Assembly: GCA_963708075.1 (NCBI GenBank)
Contig: OY970194.1
Location: 6,976,001-7,040,000, forward strand
Direction: 5' to 3'
From: Sedimentisphaerales bacterium
Lineage (GTDB): Bacteria > Planctomycetota > Phycisphaerae > Sedimentisphaerales > Anaerobacaceae
DNA: 64,000 nucleotides
The notes beneath the pieces were generated by a model. The model worked only from the letters and a program-made list of their open reading frames with translations. It made no database searches and was not told where the DNA came from. Positions 16,759-25,661 of this stretch are shown here, in pieces. Within the stretch, counting starts at the first letter, position 1, and the number at the start of each line of letters is the position of its first letter. The position numbers and the translations under genes were made by a program.

Positions 16759-17715
16759 ATGTTGGAGATGTCAATGACCCCGCTATCGTTGATTCGAGCG
16801 TCTGTCTGTACATTGCTGTTCGCGTCGGGCCTGGTGTGCCGGGCAGGGGAGCCCGCTTCGAGCAAGCCGTTCGCAGATAAGCCGGAACTGTCTGTGATGA
16901 CCTTCAACATTCGCTACGGCACGGCCAACGACGGCGAGAACTCCTGGGACAAACGAAAGGACCTTGCTTTCAATGTGCTTCGCGAGCACAGCCCCGATGT
17001 CGTGGGTCTGCAGGAGGCCTTGCGATCTCAGATCGACGACATCCGGGCGGCGATGCCGGAATATACGGAGATCGGTGTCGGCCGCGATGACGGCAAGACT
17101 GCCGGCGAGTATTCCGCCATCCTCTATAAGAAGGATCGGCTGACGGTGGCCGAGTCCGGGACCTTCTGGCTGTCGGACACGCCAGAGGCGTGCGGCTCAA
17201 TCACCTGGGGCAACAACTGTACGCGCGTCTGCACCTGGGGCCGGTTCGTCCCGAAGTCCCCCGGCAAGGCCTTCTACATGTTCAACACGCACCTGGACCA
17301 CATCTCGCAATATTCGCGCGAACGCAGTGCGATCCTTCTGGCCACGCGCATCCGCGACCGGGCACAGAAGGACCCTATCGTTCTTACGGGCGATTTCAAT
17401 GTCGGCGAGGACAATCTGGTCGTGAAGTATTTCAAGGGCGAGCAGGAACTACGCATCGCCGGCGATGGCAAATCGCAAAATCCCGTCCCGCTGTTGGATA
17501 CGTTCCGCGAGCTGCACCGCGATGCCTCCGAAGTCGGGACTTTCCACAGCTTCAAGGGAACGCGATCAAACGCCAAAATCGACTACATCTTCGCCCAGCC
17601 CGGCACGAAGGTGCTGCAGGCCGAAATCCTCCACGACAACAACGACAACCACTATCCCTCGGACCACTACCCGGTGAAAGCCGCGATTTGCTTTCCTGTC
17701 CAAATGGGCAATTGA
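16759..17715 (+). CDS. Secreted endonuclease/exonuclease/phosphatase family protein
   Basis: MTFNIRY, VGLQE, FNTHLD, GDFN, IDYIF, PSDHYPV; signal peptide. Confidence 0.9.
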   Translation: MLEMSMTPLSLIRASVCTLLFASGLVCRAGEPASSKPFADKPELSVMTFNIRYGTANDGENSWDKRKDLAFNVLREHSPDVVGLQEALRSQIDDIRAAMPEYTEIGVGRDDGKTAGEYSAILYKKDRLTVAESGTFWLSDTPEACGSITWGNNCTRVCTWGRFVPKSPGKAFYMFNTHLDHISQYSRERSAILLATRIRDRAQKDPIVLTGDFNVGEDNLVVKYFKGEQELRIAGDGKSQNPVPLLDTFRELHRDASEVGTFHSFKGTRSNAKIDYIFAQPGTKVLQAEILHDNNDNHYPSDHYPVKAAICFPVQMGN

Positions 17716-17773
17716 GGATTCCCAAAAGCCCGCCATCGCTCATTGGGCAGCCGCATGGAGTTCCAACCGGTCC

Positions 17774-18421
17774 TTAGAACTTGAAGGCCACGTCGGTGCC
17801 GAGGACGTTGGTGGTGGACCAGTCGTTGTCGCGGTCGGCCTTGTTCATGTAGAACACGGTCAGGCTCATGTGTCTTCCCCAGGGCACGGACAGCCCCGCG
17901 GCAAGGCGGGTCTGGTTGATCTGGTCGGCTGTGAAATCATAGAACGCCTCCGCCGAGGCAAAGGGGGTCACGGTAAGCTCGCCGACGCGGACGGGCCATT
18001 TGAGCATGATACGCTCTCGGATTCGCCAGCGGTCCTGCTCCTCCAAGTCCCGGTACTCAGGCTGGTTTCGCCACTGAAGCAGCCAGGGCTTCATGGTCCA
18101 TCCGACCGTCAGGGGAAAGAGCAATCGATTCTCGGTCGCCCATTGCTCGTCTTCCTCGTCCCTTTGCCACCGATACCCAGCGCCAAGCGATATACTGTCG
18201 GTGAGGCTCACGGTAGGCAACACGGTGGCATTGTACTGGTAGAAGTCCGAGGCGTCGTCGAGCCACTTCTGCTCGGAAGCCACGTCGAGGGCCACCCTGT
18301 CGGTGAACTCGTGTTTGAAAACGAACTGATTCCAGTACTCCCAATCATCGGAAGCTCGGGCCGTCGAAACTAAGGCCAGCACGCCTCCCGTAATCAGCAG
18401 TTGCCAGAGGCGACAGTTCAT
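17774..18421 (-). CDS. DUF2490-like outer-membrane beta-barrel protein
   Basis: Signal peptide, amphipathic strands, WRIRER, AEAFYD, C-terminal Phe. Confidence 0.75.
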   Translation of the reverse strand: MNCRLWQLLITGGVLALVSTARASDDWEYWNQFVFKHEFTDRVALDVASEQKWLDDASDFYQYNATVLPTVSLTDSISLGAGYRWQRDEEDEQWATENRLLFPLTVGWTMKPWLLQWRNQPEYRDLEEQDRWRIRERIMLKWPVRVGELTVTPFASAEAFYDFTADQINQTRLAAGLSVPWGRHMSLTVFYMNKADRDNDWSTTNVLGTDVAFKF

Positions 18422-18472
18422 GTTGGCTCTTTCAGGGGCATCGAGGGATCGCCTTGCATAACGGTTTGGCAA

Positions 18473-20839
18473 TCAGCGGTCTTCCACGGATTTCCGCAGC
18501 TCCCGGCAGGAATCGAAAAACTCCTCGGGTGACATGTCCCGCAGGAAGACCAGGCCGCGGGTCGCACGGATCAGGGCGCTCGGGTGATTGTAGAACCACT
18601 CCCGCCCGAGACACGTCTTGATCTTGCGGTATTGCTCGACCTGGATGCGCTGCGCCAGTTGTGAGAACGGCCCATCGTGCTCGGGGCTCGGGAAGGACGC
18701 GTCTTTTTGCGTGATGAAGGAGTTCATGAAGGCATCGTGCATCGTGGAGAACATCGCCAGGGTCACGGGCACGAAGACATTGGCCTCGGAAGGATCGAAC
18801 CGGAACCACACGTTGCGATAGCCCCAGATTCTCAGGTCGTCTTTCCCGCTGGTCTTGAGATGGACTCGGATCGCCTCGGAGATCGCCTGCATGACCTTGT
18901 AATGTGTGTCCGGCCCGCTGGCCTCGGGGTCGAACGCGACAGTCACGATGTCCGGATCGATTCGCTTGAGCTCCGCGACGATGGGCGGGACATCCTTGGC
19001 CATTGTGGGCTCCTCGGTGAAGATGTCGCCCGTATAGAAGCCCAGCCGCAGATGCCGGACGTTCTGGCATTGCCAGCCATAGTAGCCCCAGAGGCATTCC
19101 GCCTCCCACTCGCGGCACATCCCCTTGAGTTTCTGAACGTGCGGCGGGTCCTTCCTGCCGGGATACGTCGTGACGAAGTACTCCTCCAGCTCGGCGATGC
19201 GGCGGTCCATGTCCTTCAAGAAGCCCTCGCCGAACAGCTCGATCAGGTTTCGCAGCATCCGGCGGGCGCAGCCCTCCGCCTTCTCGTCCTCATCGCGAGC
19301 GGCGACGCCGTCGAGGTACTGCCACACGTCGCGATTGCGCACCGTCCCGTCGCCCGGGGCAAAGTATCCTTGCTCCAGCAGCGCCCGGAATTCGGCGGTG
19401 CCGAGGAAGCGGCGGAGGCAGACGATCTGCTCCCGCATGAACTCGTTGGTCACGGAGGTGAAGCCGCTGGTGAGCGTGGCGAAATGGTGCACGTTGTTTG
19501 CCCGGCGGAAATGGCGGACGGCCTCGGCGAAGTAGCCGAGCATGATGTCGTCGTGGTGCGGCTCAGTGTGCAGGAAGCACGTATGCTTGTAGACGCGCAC
19601 GCCATTCTCGATTCTGTCGGCAAGTCGCGAATGGACCATCGTGGCCAGGTCGTGCAGCGATTCGATCCGATTCCGCAGGACGATTGATACGGCTCGATTG
19701 GACTGGCAGTCGGCCTCGGTCAGATCGAGCAGGCGCTTGCGTTTCTGGACGGCCAGCTCGACAAGGACTCTCTCGACGTCGGCGTCGGTAATGACCTCCG
19801 CTCTTTCGAGGACCTGGATCTGCCGCTCGACAAGGCGGGCGGCGGCCCCGCGAGTCAGGTAAAATCGCGCGTTGGGCAACTGCTGCAGGCACGTCGCGGG
19901 CGTGTCGATGTTCGCCTCGGACTGGATGGCCTGGGCGGCCAAGGCGGCCTTCGCCTGGCCGGCGGCAACGACGATCGCGGTGCAGTCCGGGTTCCGCGTG
20001 ATCGTTCGCAGACCGATGGTGATCACCAGCCGCTGGCGAGCAATCTTGATACCACCCAAGTCGCTGGCGGCCGCGGCCTGCGTCTCGTAGTTGATCGGGC
20101 ACAGGCGTGTCGTCGAGTTGTGGTCGGAGCCTCGGATATTGAAACCGATGTGCCCGTCGGGCCCTATGCCGCCGAGGAAGAATCCGATCCCGCCCAACTC
20201 GCGGATCTGCTGCTCGTATTTCATGCACCATTGGTCGATGCGTTCGAGCAGGGCCTTCTGCCGGCATTCGAGCTGGCTCACGGTCTGGCGATAGCGCAAG
20301 CTCAGGTCCACACGGTTGTCGGGCCAGACATCCTTGAGGGTCTCGCCCGGCTGCAGACCGATGGCAGCCGAGTTGATCAGCAAGGCCTTGGCGGGGTCCA
20401 GCCCGAAGCCCTCGATGTAATAGTGCTGGACGTAGAAGTTGAAGCTATTGTGCTGAGCCGAGTCCATCGGATAGAACTCGTCGATTTGCACGAAGTGCAG
20501 GCTTCGCACGTCGGGCTTCTTTGCCGGATCGACGGCCGCCTGTTCCAGGGTCCTTTGCGTGTCGGGTACGTCCCAGGCTCGGAGCAATCGGCGGACCCAC
20601 TTGATGAAATGTTCCGGCGTCTTGCCCGTGGGCAGGGCGATTACGCCGCCGGGATGGTTCTGCACCCACTCGATGAAGCGCATTGCCGCCAGCTTGCCCA
20701 GCGCCGGGAAGTTCTCCACCACGATCGTGGGGATCTTCTCCGTCGGCGGATACAACACGTCAAACAACGAAGCCCGAACCGCCGCCTCTTCCACCGGCGT
20801 CAGGATGATCCGTTTATCCTCGTTCATTCCTATAAGCAT
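18473..20839 (-). CDS. Glucosamine-6-phosphate deaminase (NagB) fused to a PIG-L/LmbE-type deacetylase domain
   Basis: ALPTGKTP, QIDEFY, GGIGPDGHIGFN; then EPHHDDIMLG and DPEASGPDTH. Confidence 0.85.
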   Translation of the reverse strand: MLIGMNEDKRIILTPVEEAAVRASLFDVLYPPTEKIPTIVVENFPALGKLAAMRFIEWVQNHPGGVIALPTGKTPEHFIKWVRRLLRAWDVPDTQRTLEQAAVDPAKKPDVRSLHFVQIDEFYPMDSAQHNSFNFYVQHYYIEGFGLDPAKALLINSAAIGLQPGETLKDVWPDNRVDLSLRYRQTVSQLECRQKALLERIDQWCMKYEQQIRELGGIGFFLGGIGPDGHIGFNIRGSDHNSTTRLCPINYETQAAAASDLGGIKIARQRLVITIGLRTITRNPDCTAIVVAAGQAKAALAAQAIQSEANIDTPATCLQQLPNARFYLTRGAAARLVERQIQVLERAEVITDADVERVLVELAVQKRKRLLDLTEADCQSNRAVSIVLRNRIESLHDLATMVHSRLADRIENGVRVYKHTCFLHTEPHHDDIMLGYFAEAVRHFRRANNVHHFATLTSGFTSVTNEFMREQIVCLRRFLGTAEFRALLEQGYFAPGDGTVRNRDVWQYLDGVAARDEDEKAEGCARRMLRNLIELFGEGFLKDMDRRIAELEEYFVTTYPGRKDPPHVQKLKGMCREWEAECLWGYYGWQCQNVRHLRLGFYTGDIFTEEPTMAKDVPPIVAELKRIDPDIVTVAFDPEASGPDTHYKVMQAISEAIRVHLKTSGKDDLRIWGYRNVWFRFDPSEANVFVPVTLAMFSTMHDAFMNSFITQKDASFPSPEHDGPFSQLAQRIQVEQYRKIKTCLGREWFYNHPSALIRATRGLVFLRDMSPEEFFDSCRELRKSVEDR

Positions 20840-21183
20840 TCATACCCTGTGTTACTTCAAGGTCCCCGGGCGATCAGACGAGGCAATTGCTTCCATGACA
20901 AGCCTGCTTGGGGACTTCTTCGCGGTAGCGTACCAATCCCCAATCCGATCCGCAAGTCCCGCCTGCACATTGTCGCGTTCAACACGCGTGCGGCTAGCAG
21001 CCATTGAAGAGATGGCGTTCGCCCGATGGGACGCTCATTCGCGATCACACCAGGCCGGGTGTGTTCGAGCGGGTCTGCCATCGCCAACGACACCTATGAA
21101 CTCGCTGGTCGCGAGCACCCCGTTGCGGCAGAATGAAGCTGGCCGAAATCCTCCTTTTGTGGTGGATCTTCCGGGGCCGGCGG

Positions 21184-22497
21184 TCAGTTTGTCAGCCCGG
21201 CGATAGCGGCGCCGATCAGCGTGGCGTTGCCCACGTTGATGATATCGTAGTGGATGTCCTTCTTGTTCGTGAGGTACTGTGTGAGGTAGCACTGGACCCG
21301 GTGTTTGAGGGACCAGAGGAGATAGAACGTGCTGCCCTCGGCGACGATGCAGACCGGCCGGGCAGGGTTTCGGCCCTTGCCGGATTTGATGGCCGCTGAG
21401 GAGAGATTGATGGCTGTCAGTTTCGCCGCCCGCTCGACCAGGGCATCGATCAGGTAGTAGAGCGTCACGACGTCCTCCTCCCGCTCGCCCGCGAGGGCCT
21501 TCGCCAGGGGATTGTCGCCCGTCTCGGGCAGCGTGAGGAAGTCGCTGATATCCTTCGTGGTCGTCTCCTCCACGGCCCTCAGCTTCTTCGCTGCGGCCCG
21601 CGAGAAGAGGCCATTTCTGGCGGCGACATGCGTCGTCTTCAGGCACAGCGGCCCCAGGTAGGCGCCCGAGATCATCTTCTCGAATACGTTGACGCCCGGA
21701 CTGACGGAGGCGGCGTCGAAGTCCTCGTCGATGCTGCCGCGAGGGGCCTTGCCGAACCCCCCGGACTCGATATTGACGATCTGGCTCTTGGCCGGGTCAA
21801 TGTCCTTGGCCTTGGTGATCTTGCTGTTCTGCTCGACGTAGCTTGTATTCGTGCCCGTGCCCAGGATGAACCCGATATAAGTGTCATATCTGCGTCCGAC
21901 GGCGCTGCCTCTTCCGGCCAGCAGCGTCGCCACGGTGTCATTGAGCAGAATGACGTGTTTCTTGCCGCTCTGTCCCATCCGGCGGATGGCGACGTTGAGA
22001 CTCTCGCCGATCATCTGGCCGGCGGCCTCGGGGGCTTTAATCTCCTTCGAGAAGTACAAGGCCCGGCCGTCTTTGCTCGGGAACATCTCGATCGGGTAGG
22101 AAAAGCAGAAGCCGATGTTGCGGCTCTCATCCAGAACGTTCTCCACGTACCCGGCCATCGTGCCGAAGAACTCCTCCTTGCCGACTTCCTTCTTGATCCC
22201 CGGCATCGGGTAGACGCGGAAGTTCTCGACAAGCGGCGCGCCGTCGGGCGTGAAGGTGACGGTCGCCACGCGAAAGTTCGTGCCACCTGCGTCCATCACG
22301 ATGACGGGCTTGCTCCTCGGGATCTTGCGCTCGATATCGAGATACGTCGGCAGCATAGCCAGGGAGCCTTTGCGTCCGGCCAGGCCCCGATCCATCTCCT
22401 GCAGAAAAGTCCGGCAGGTCGCCTCCATGTCGATGTCGGCGTGGTACATGTTGTGCTTCTTGAGGAACTTCGCGACGCTCTGCTTGCTCTTGTCCAC
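21184..22497 (-). CDS. Hexokinase family protein
   Basis: MLPTY, MDAGGTNFRV, GFCFSYP, LNDTVATL, GFILGTGTN, NIESG, FEKMISGAYLG. Confidence 0.9.
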   Translation of the reverse strand: MDKSKQSVAKFLKKHNMYHADIDMEATCRTFLQEMDRGLAGRKGSLAMLPTYLDIERKIPRSKPVIVMDAGGTNFRVATVTFTPDGAPLVENFRVYPMPGIKKEVGKEEFFGTMAGYVENVLDESRNIGFCFSYPIEMFPSKDGRALYFSKEIKAPEAAGQMIGESLNVAIRRMGQSGKKHVILLNDTVATLLAGRGSAVGRRYDTYIGFILGTGTNTSYVEQNSKITKAKDIDPAKSQIVNIESGGFGKAPRGSIDEDFDAASVSPGVNVFEKMISGAYLGPLCLKTTHVAARNGLFSRAAAKKLRAVEETTTKDISDFLTLPETGDNPLAKALAGEREEDVVTLYYLIDALVERAAKLTAINLSSAAIKSGKGRNPARPVCIVAEGSTFYLLWSLKHRVQCYLTQYLTNKKDIHYDIINVGNATLIGAAIAGLTN

Positions 22498-22509
22498 AGC
22501 AACCCCTCT

Positions 22510-22624
22510 CGATTTACGATTTTCGACTTACGATTCATGATCTGGCGTCACTCGGCACACGCCGGGCTCGTGGCCCAGTGTCAACCGCGTGAATTCTCAA
22601 TCATAAATCGAAAATCGAAAATCG
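22510..22624. repeat. Two inverted arrays of heptamer repeats
   Basis: CGATTTA CGATTTT CGACTTA CGATT (22510-22535) facing AATCATA AATCGAA AATCGAA AATCG (22599-22624). Confidence 0.8.
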
Positions 22625-23608
22625 TCAATCCTGGTACCCATTCGGGTGGTCGCGGTGCCAGGCCCAGGCGGTTGCGACCATCTCGCGAAGCTGGGGCTTG
22701 CGGGTGACCCAGCCCAGCTCGGTGCGGGCCTTCGTGGCGTCCGAGGTCAGCACGGCCGGATCGCCGGGCCGACGCGGGGCCTCGATAACCTTGAAGTCCC
22801 TGCCCGAAACCTCCCGGACGGTGTCAATCACCTGCCTGACCGAGTAGCCTTGCCCGTTGCCGAGATTGTACGCCAGCTCCGCAGCGGCATCCAGCTTGTT
22901 CAGGGCCAGTAGATGGGCCAGACACAAGTCGTCGATGTGAATGTAGTCCCGGACGCAGGTGCCGTCGGGCGTGTCGTAGTCGGTCCCGAAGATGCTCACT
23001 TGCGGCCGTTTGCCCAAGGCGGCCTGGATCGCTAACGGAATCAGGTGGGACTCAGGGCGGTGGTCTTCGCCGAGCGTGCCGTCGTGCCCGGCCCCACAGG
23101 CATTGAAGTACCGCAGCGCCGCAAAGCGGAGCTTGCCCGTCCCGCTCTGATAGTGGCACATGCGCTCGACAGCCAGCTTCGTTTCGCCGTACGGATTGAT
23201 TGGCTGCTTAGGCGCGTCCTCGGTGATCGGAACCTTCGCAGGCATGCCGTACACCGCCGCCGTGCTGCTGAACACGAACTTATGAACACCGGCCGCTTCC
23301 ATGGCGGCCAGCAGGACCTGCGTGTTGCAGGTATTATTCGCGTAGTACTTGAGCGGCGCCTGTACGGACTCGCCGACCTCAATGAACGCGGCGAAGTGCA
23401 TCACCGCCTCGATGCCGAAGCGGCGGAGGGTATCGACAATCTTGTCGTAATCGGCCAAGTCGCCTTCGATGAGGCGGGCGTTGCGTATAGCAGCCCGATG
23501 GCCCTTGCTGAGGTTATCGAAAACGGTGGGCTCATGGCCCGTTGCTGCCAGCAGCGCGGTCATGTTGCTGCCGATATAGCCTGCGCCGCCACAAACCAAT
23601 ACATTCAT
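22625..23608 (-). CDS. galE: UDP-glucose 4-epimerase
   Basis: GGAGYIGS, HFAA, FSSTAAVYG, PYGETK, LRYFN, DGTCVRDYIH. Confidence 0.95.
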   Translation of the reverse strand: MNVLVCGGAGYIGSNMTALLAATGHEPTVFDNLSKGHRAAIRNARLIEGDLADYDKIVDTLRRFGIEAVMHFAAFIEVGESVQAPLKYYANNTCNTQVLLAAMEAAGVHKFVFSSTAAVYGMPAKVPITEDAPKQPINPYGETKLAVERMCHYQSGTGKLRFAALRYFNACGAGHDGTLGEDHRPESHLIPLAIQAALGKRPQVSIFGTDYDTPDGTCVRDYIHIDDLCLAHLLALNKLDAAAELAYNLGNGQGYSVRQVIDTVREVSGRDFKVIEAPRRPGDPAVLTSDATKARTELGWVTRKPQLREMVATAWAWHRDHPNGYQD

Positions 23609-23628
23609 GTTCTCCTACTAGCCTCCGA

Positions 23629-24198
23629 TTACCTGACTCTCTGTGCGATCGTATCAAGGATCTTGGCGGCGAGCCGACTGTCCCGGCCCAGGTCAATCCA
23701 GGCCATCCCTTGCTTCTGCTGCGGGCTCAGTTGCAGCCGCTGCACACCGGGGGTGCTGGCCGAGTGCATCTGGTACGCCTGGGAGATGCTCACCGCTTCG
23801 TTCTCCGGAAGGCTCAGCCGCTGGACCCGGACGCTGCAATCGACGGACATCTTGCCTTGTTCCTCCGTGATCCGCAATTCGACAGCCCGGCGGATCGTGT
23901 GGAGGTTCGCCTCGGCCATGTTATGCAGACCCACGTTGTCGCGGCGCCAAAACTCGAAGACCTGTGCCCCGCGCAGGGGCTCCGTTCGGATAATGCCCTG
24001 TTCGGCATCGAGCTTCTCGATGACGAAGTGCATTTTGCTCAGGATGTCCTCCGCTGCCCGCATGGTGTCCGTGCGGGACACGCCGTCCAGGCGAAGCGGC
24101 TCCGCCGGCTGATACGCCTGCCCCTGCCCACCACATCCCAGCGGCAGCACGAGGGCTATCGCCGCCAATGCCGTACACATGTTTTTCAGAGTATCCAT
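23629..24198 (-). CDS. Hypothetical lipoprotein
   Basis: Lipobox LPLG-C after a hydrophobic stretch; abuts galE. Confidence 0.65.
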   Translation of the reverse strand: MDTLKNMCTALAAIALVLPLGCGGQGQAYQPAEPLRLDGVSRTDTMRAAEDILSKMHFVIEKLDAEQGIIRTEPLRGAQVFEFWRRDNVGLHNMAEANLHTIRRAVELRITEEQGKMSVDCSVRVQRLSLPENEAVSISQAYQMHSASTPGVQRLQLSPQQKQGMAWIDLGRDSRLAAKILDTIAQRVR

Positions 24199-24550
24199 CG
24201 GTCCATCGCCAAAAAGGAATAGAGCGATTATAGAGGCGATTGGAGGTATCCTCAAGCATCATCAACCGATAAAACACGACAATCCGTTCCCCCTCGCGGT
24301 GTCTCAGGCAAGCGGAGGCGGCTGCCTCGCCTCTGATGAGCGGATCGTACCGGCCATAGGCGTGTGCAAGGTTGTCGATTGCTTGTGTCGAGATCATTCC
24401 GGTTGCCCGTGCCATCACGCGAACAGAGGACAAATGCCGGCATGTGCGGATTGTCGTGCATTGTCGGTGATTCTGTTAAAGCGGAGGTTCGCTCGTCGCC
24501 GATAGCTCTTCCAGAAGGGGGTTTATGGGTCGTCGGAGTGATTCGGTTCG

Positions 24551-25489
24551 ATGTCACTGACGCAAAGGCAATCGGTAGTCCGAGAGCTTCGTTCGCTGCC
24601 CCTGGGCCGGACGGCGAGCGAGTTTCTCGATCATCTGACCGTGGAGGCGGGCCTGTCTCACAATACCATTCTCGCCTACGGCCGTGATCTCAAGGCGTTC
24701 CTGCACTTCTGCCAGGAGAACAACGTCAACCAGATCACCGGGCTCAAGCCCGTGCTGGTGCAGAAGTACCTGTGTCATATGGCCACCGGCCCGAAAAATG
24801 AGAATTCGGCCCGGCGTTCTCTTGTGGCCATCCGGATGTTCCTGCGGTTTGCCAAGCTTATGGGGCATATCGCCGACGATGGCACAGGTCTGCTGGAAAG
24901 CCCGAAGATCTGGCAGCGTCTGCCGATCGTCTGCAACAAGCAGCGGGTCCTCCAACTGCTGCAGGCGCCTTGCCCCGAGGAACCGTACTACTTGCGGGAC
25001 CGGGCAATGCTCGAGCTGCTCTATGCCACCGGGATGCGGGCCAGCGAGTTGGCGGGACTGAAGACCAGTGATCTGAACTTCGACGTCGGCTACCTGCGAT
25101 GCCTGGGCAAAGGCAACAAGGAACGGATCATCCCGGTCGGCAGGACCGCGACTGAGACGACGGAGGTGTACTTGAAGGATTTGCGGCCCCGACTGGCCAG
25201 GCCGGGCAGCGGGATGTCCCTGCTGTTGTCACGAACCGGCCGGCCTTTGGGTCGCATTGAAATCTGGCGGCTGGTCAAGAAGTATGCCGCCCGGGCGGGC
25301 CTGGCTCGGAATCTGACGGTGCACACGTTGCGCCATTGCTTCGCCACGCATCTGCTCAGCGGAGGCGCGGATCTGCGGAGCCTCCAGGAAATGCTTGGTC
25401 ATGTGGACATTGGGACAACGCAGATCTATACCCATGTCGATCATGAGAGACTCCGGAAGATTCATAAGAAGTATCATCCACGGCCATAG
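24551..25489 (+). CDS. xerD: Tyrosine recombinase XerD
   Basis: LELLYATGMRASEL, GKGNKERIIP, HTLRHCFATHLL, LQEMLGH, TTQIYTHV, KYHPR. Confidence 0.88.
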   Translation: MSLTQRQSVVRELRSLPLGRTASEFLDHLTVEAGLSHNTILAYGRDLKAFLHFCQENNVNQITGLKPVLVQKYLCHMATGPKNENSARRSLVAIRMFLRFAKLMGHIADDGTGLLESPKIWQRLPIVCNKQRVLQLLQAPCPEEPYYLRDRAMLELLYATGMRASELAGLKTSDLNFDVGYLRCLGKGNKERIIPVGRTATETTEVYLKDLRPRLARPGSGMSLLLSRTGRPLGRIEIWRLVKKYAARAGLARNLTVHTLRHCFATHLLSGGADLRSLQEMLGHVDIGTTQIYTHVDHERLRKIHKKYHPRP

Positions 25490-25588
25490 AGGTCCCGAAG
25501 GAGCATGGTCCGAATACCGCGAGTGCTCGCGCGACAGAAATTCTGCTCATGAATTGTCACGAAATTAACGAAAATCCCGGCAAAGCGG

Positions 25589-25618
25589 TTGACTTCGGCT
25601 CGCTGATTCAGGTACTAT
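25589..25618 (+). promoter_or_regulatory. Sigma70-like promoter
   Basis: TTGACT-N18-TACTAT; favours ATG25662 as start of the next gene. Confidence 0.5.
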
Positions 25619-25661
25619 GGCTGGTGAATTCGTCAGTAGGGGTCTGCTGAGGGTAATCCAA

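Noticed and set aside
20840..21183. Small CDS or ncRNA between hexokinase and the NagB fusion
   Set aside because: ORFs lack RBS and motifs; no convincing structure.
23921..24557. Short ORFs between the lipoprotein gene and xerD
   Set aside because: Overlapping, motif-free frames in what looks like a divergent promoter region.
24551..25489. xerD as a mobile-element integrase or the mobiliser of the riboswitch cassette
   Set aside because: Canonical XerD motifs, host-like codon use, housekeeping context and 14 kb from the cassette.
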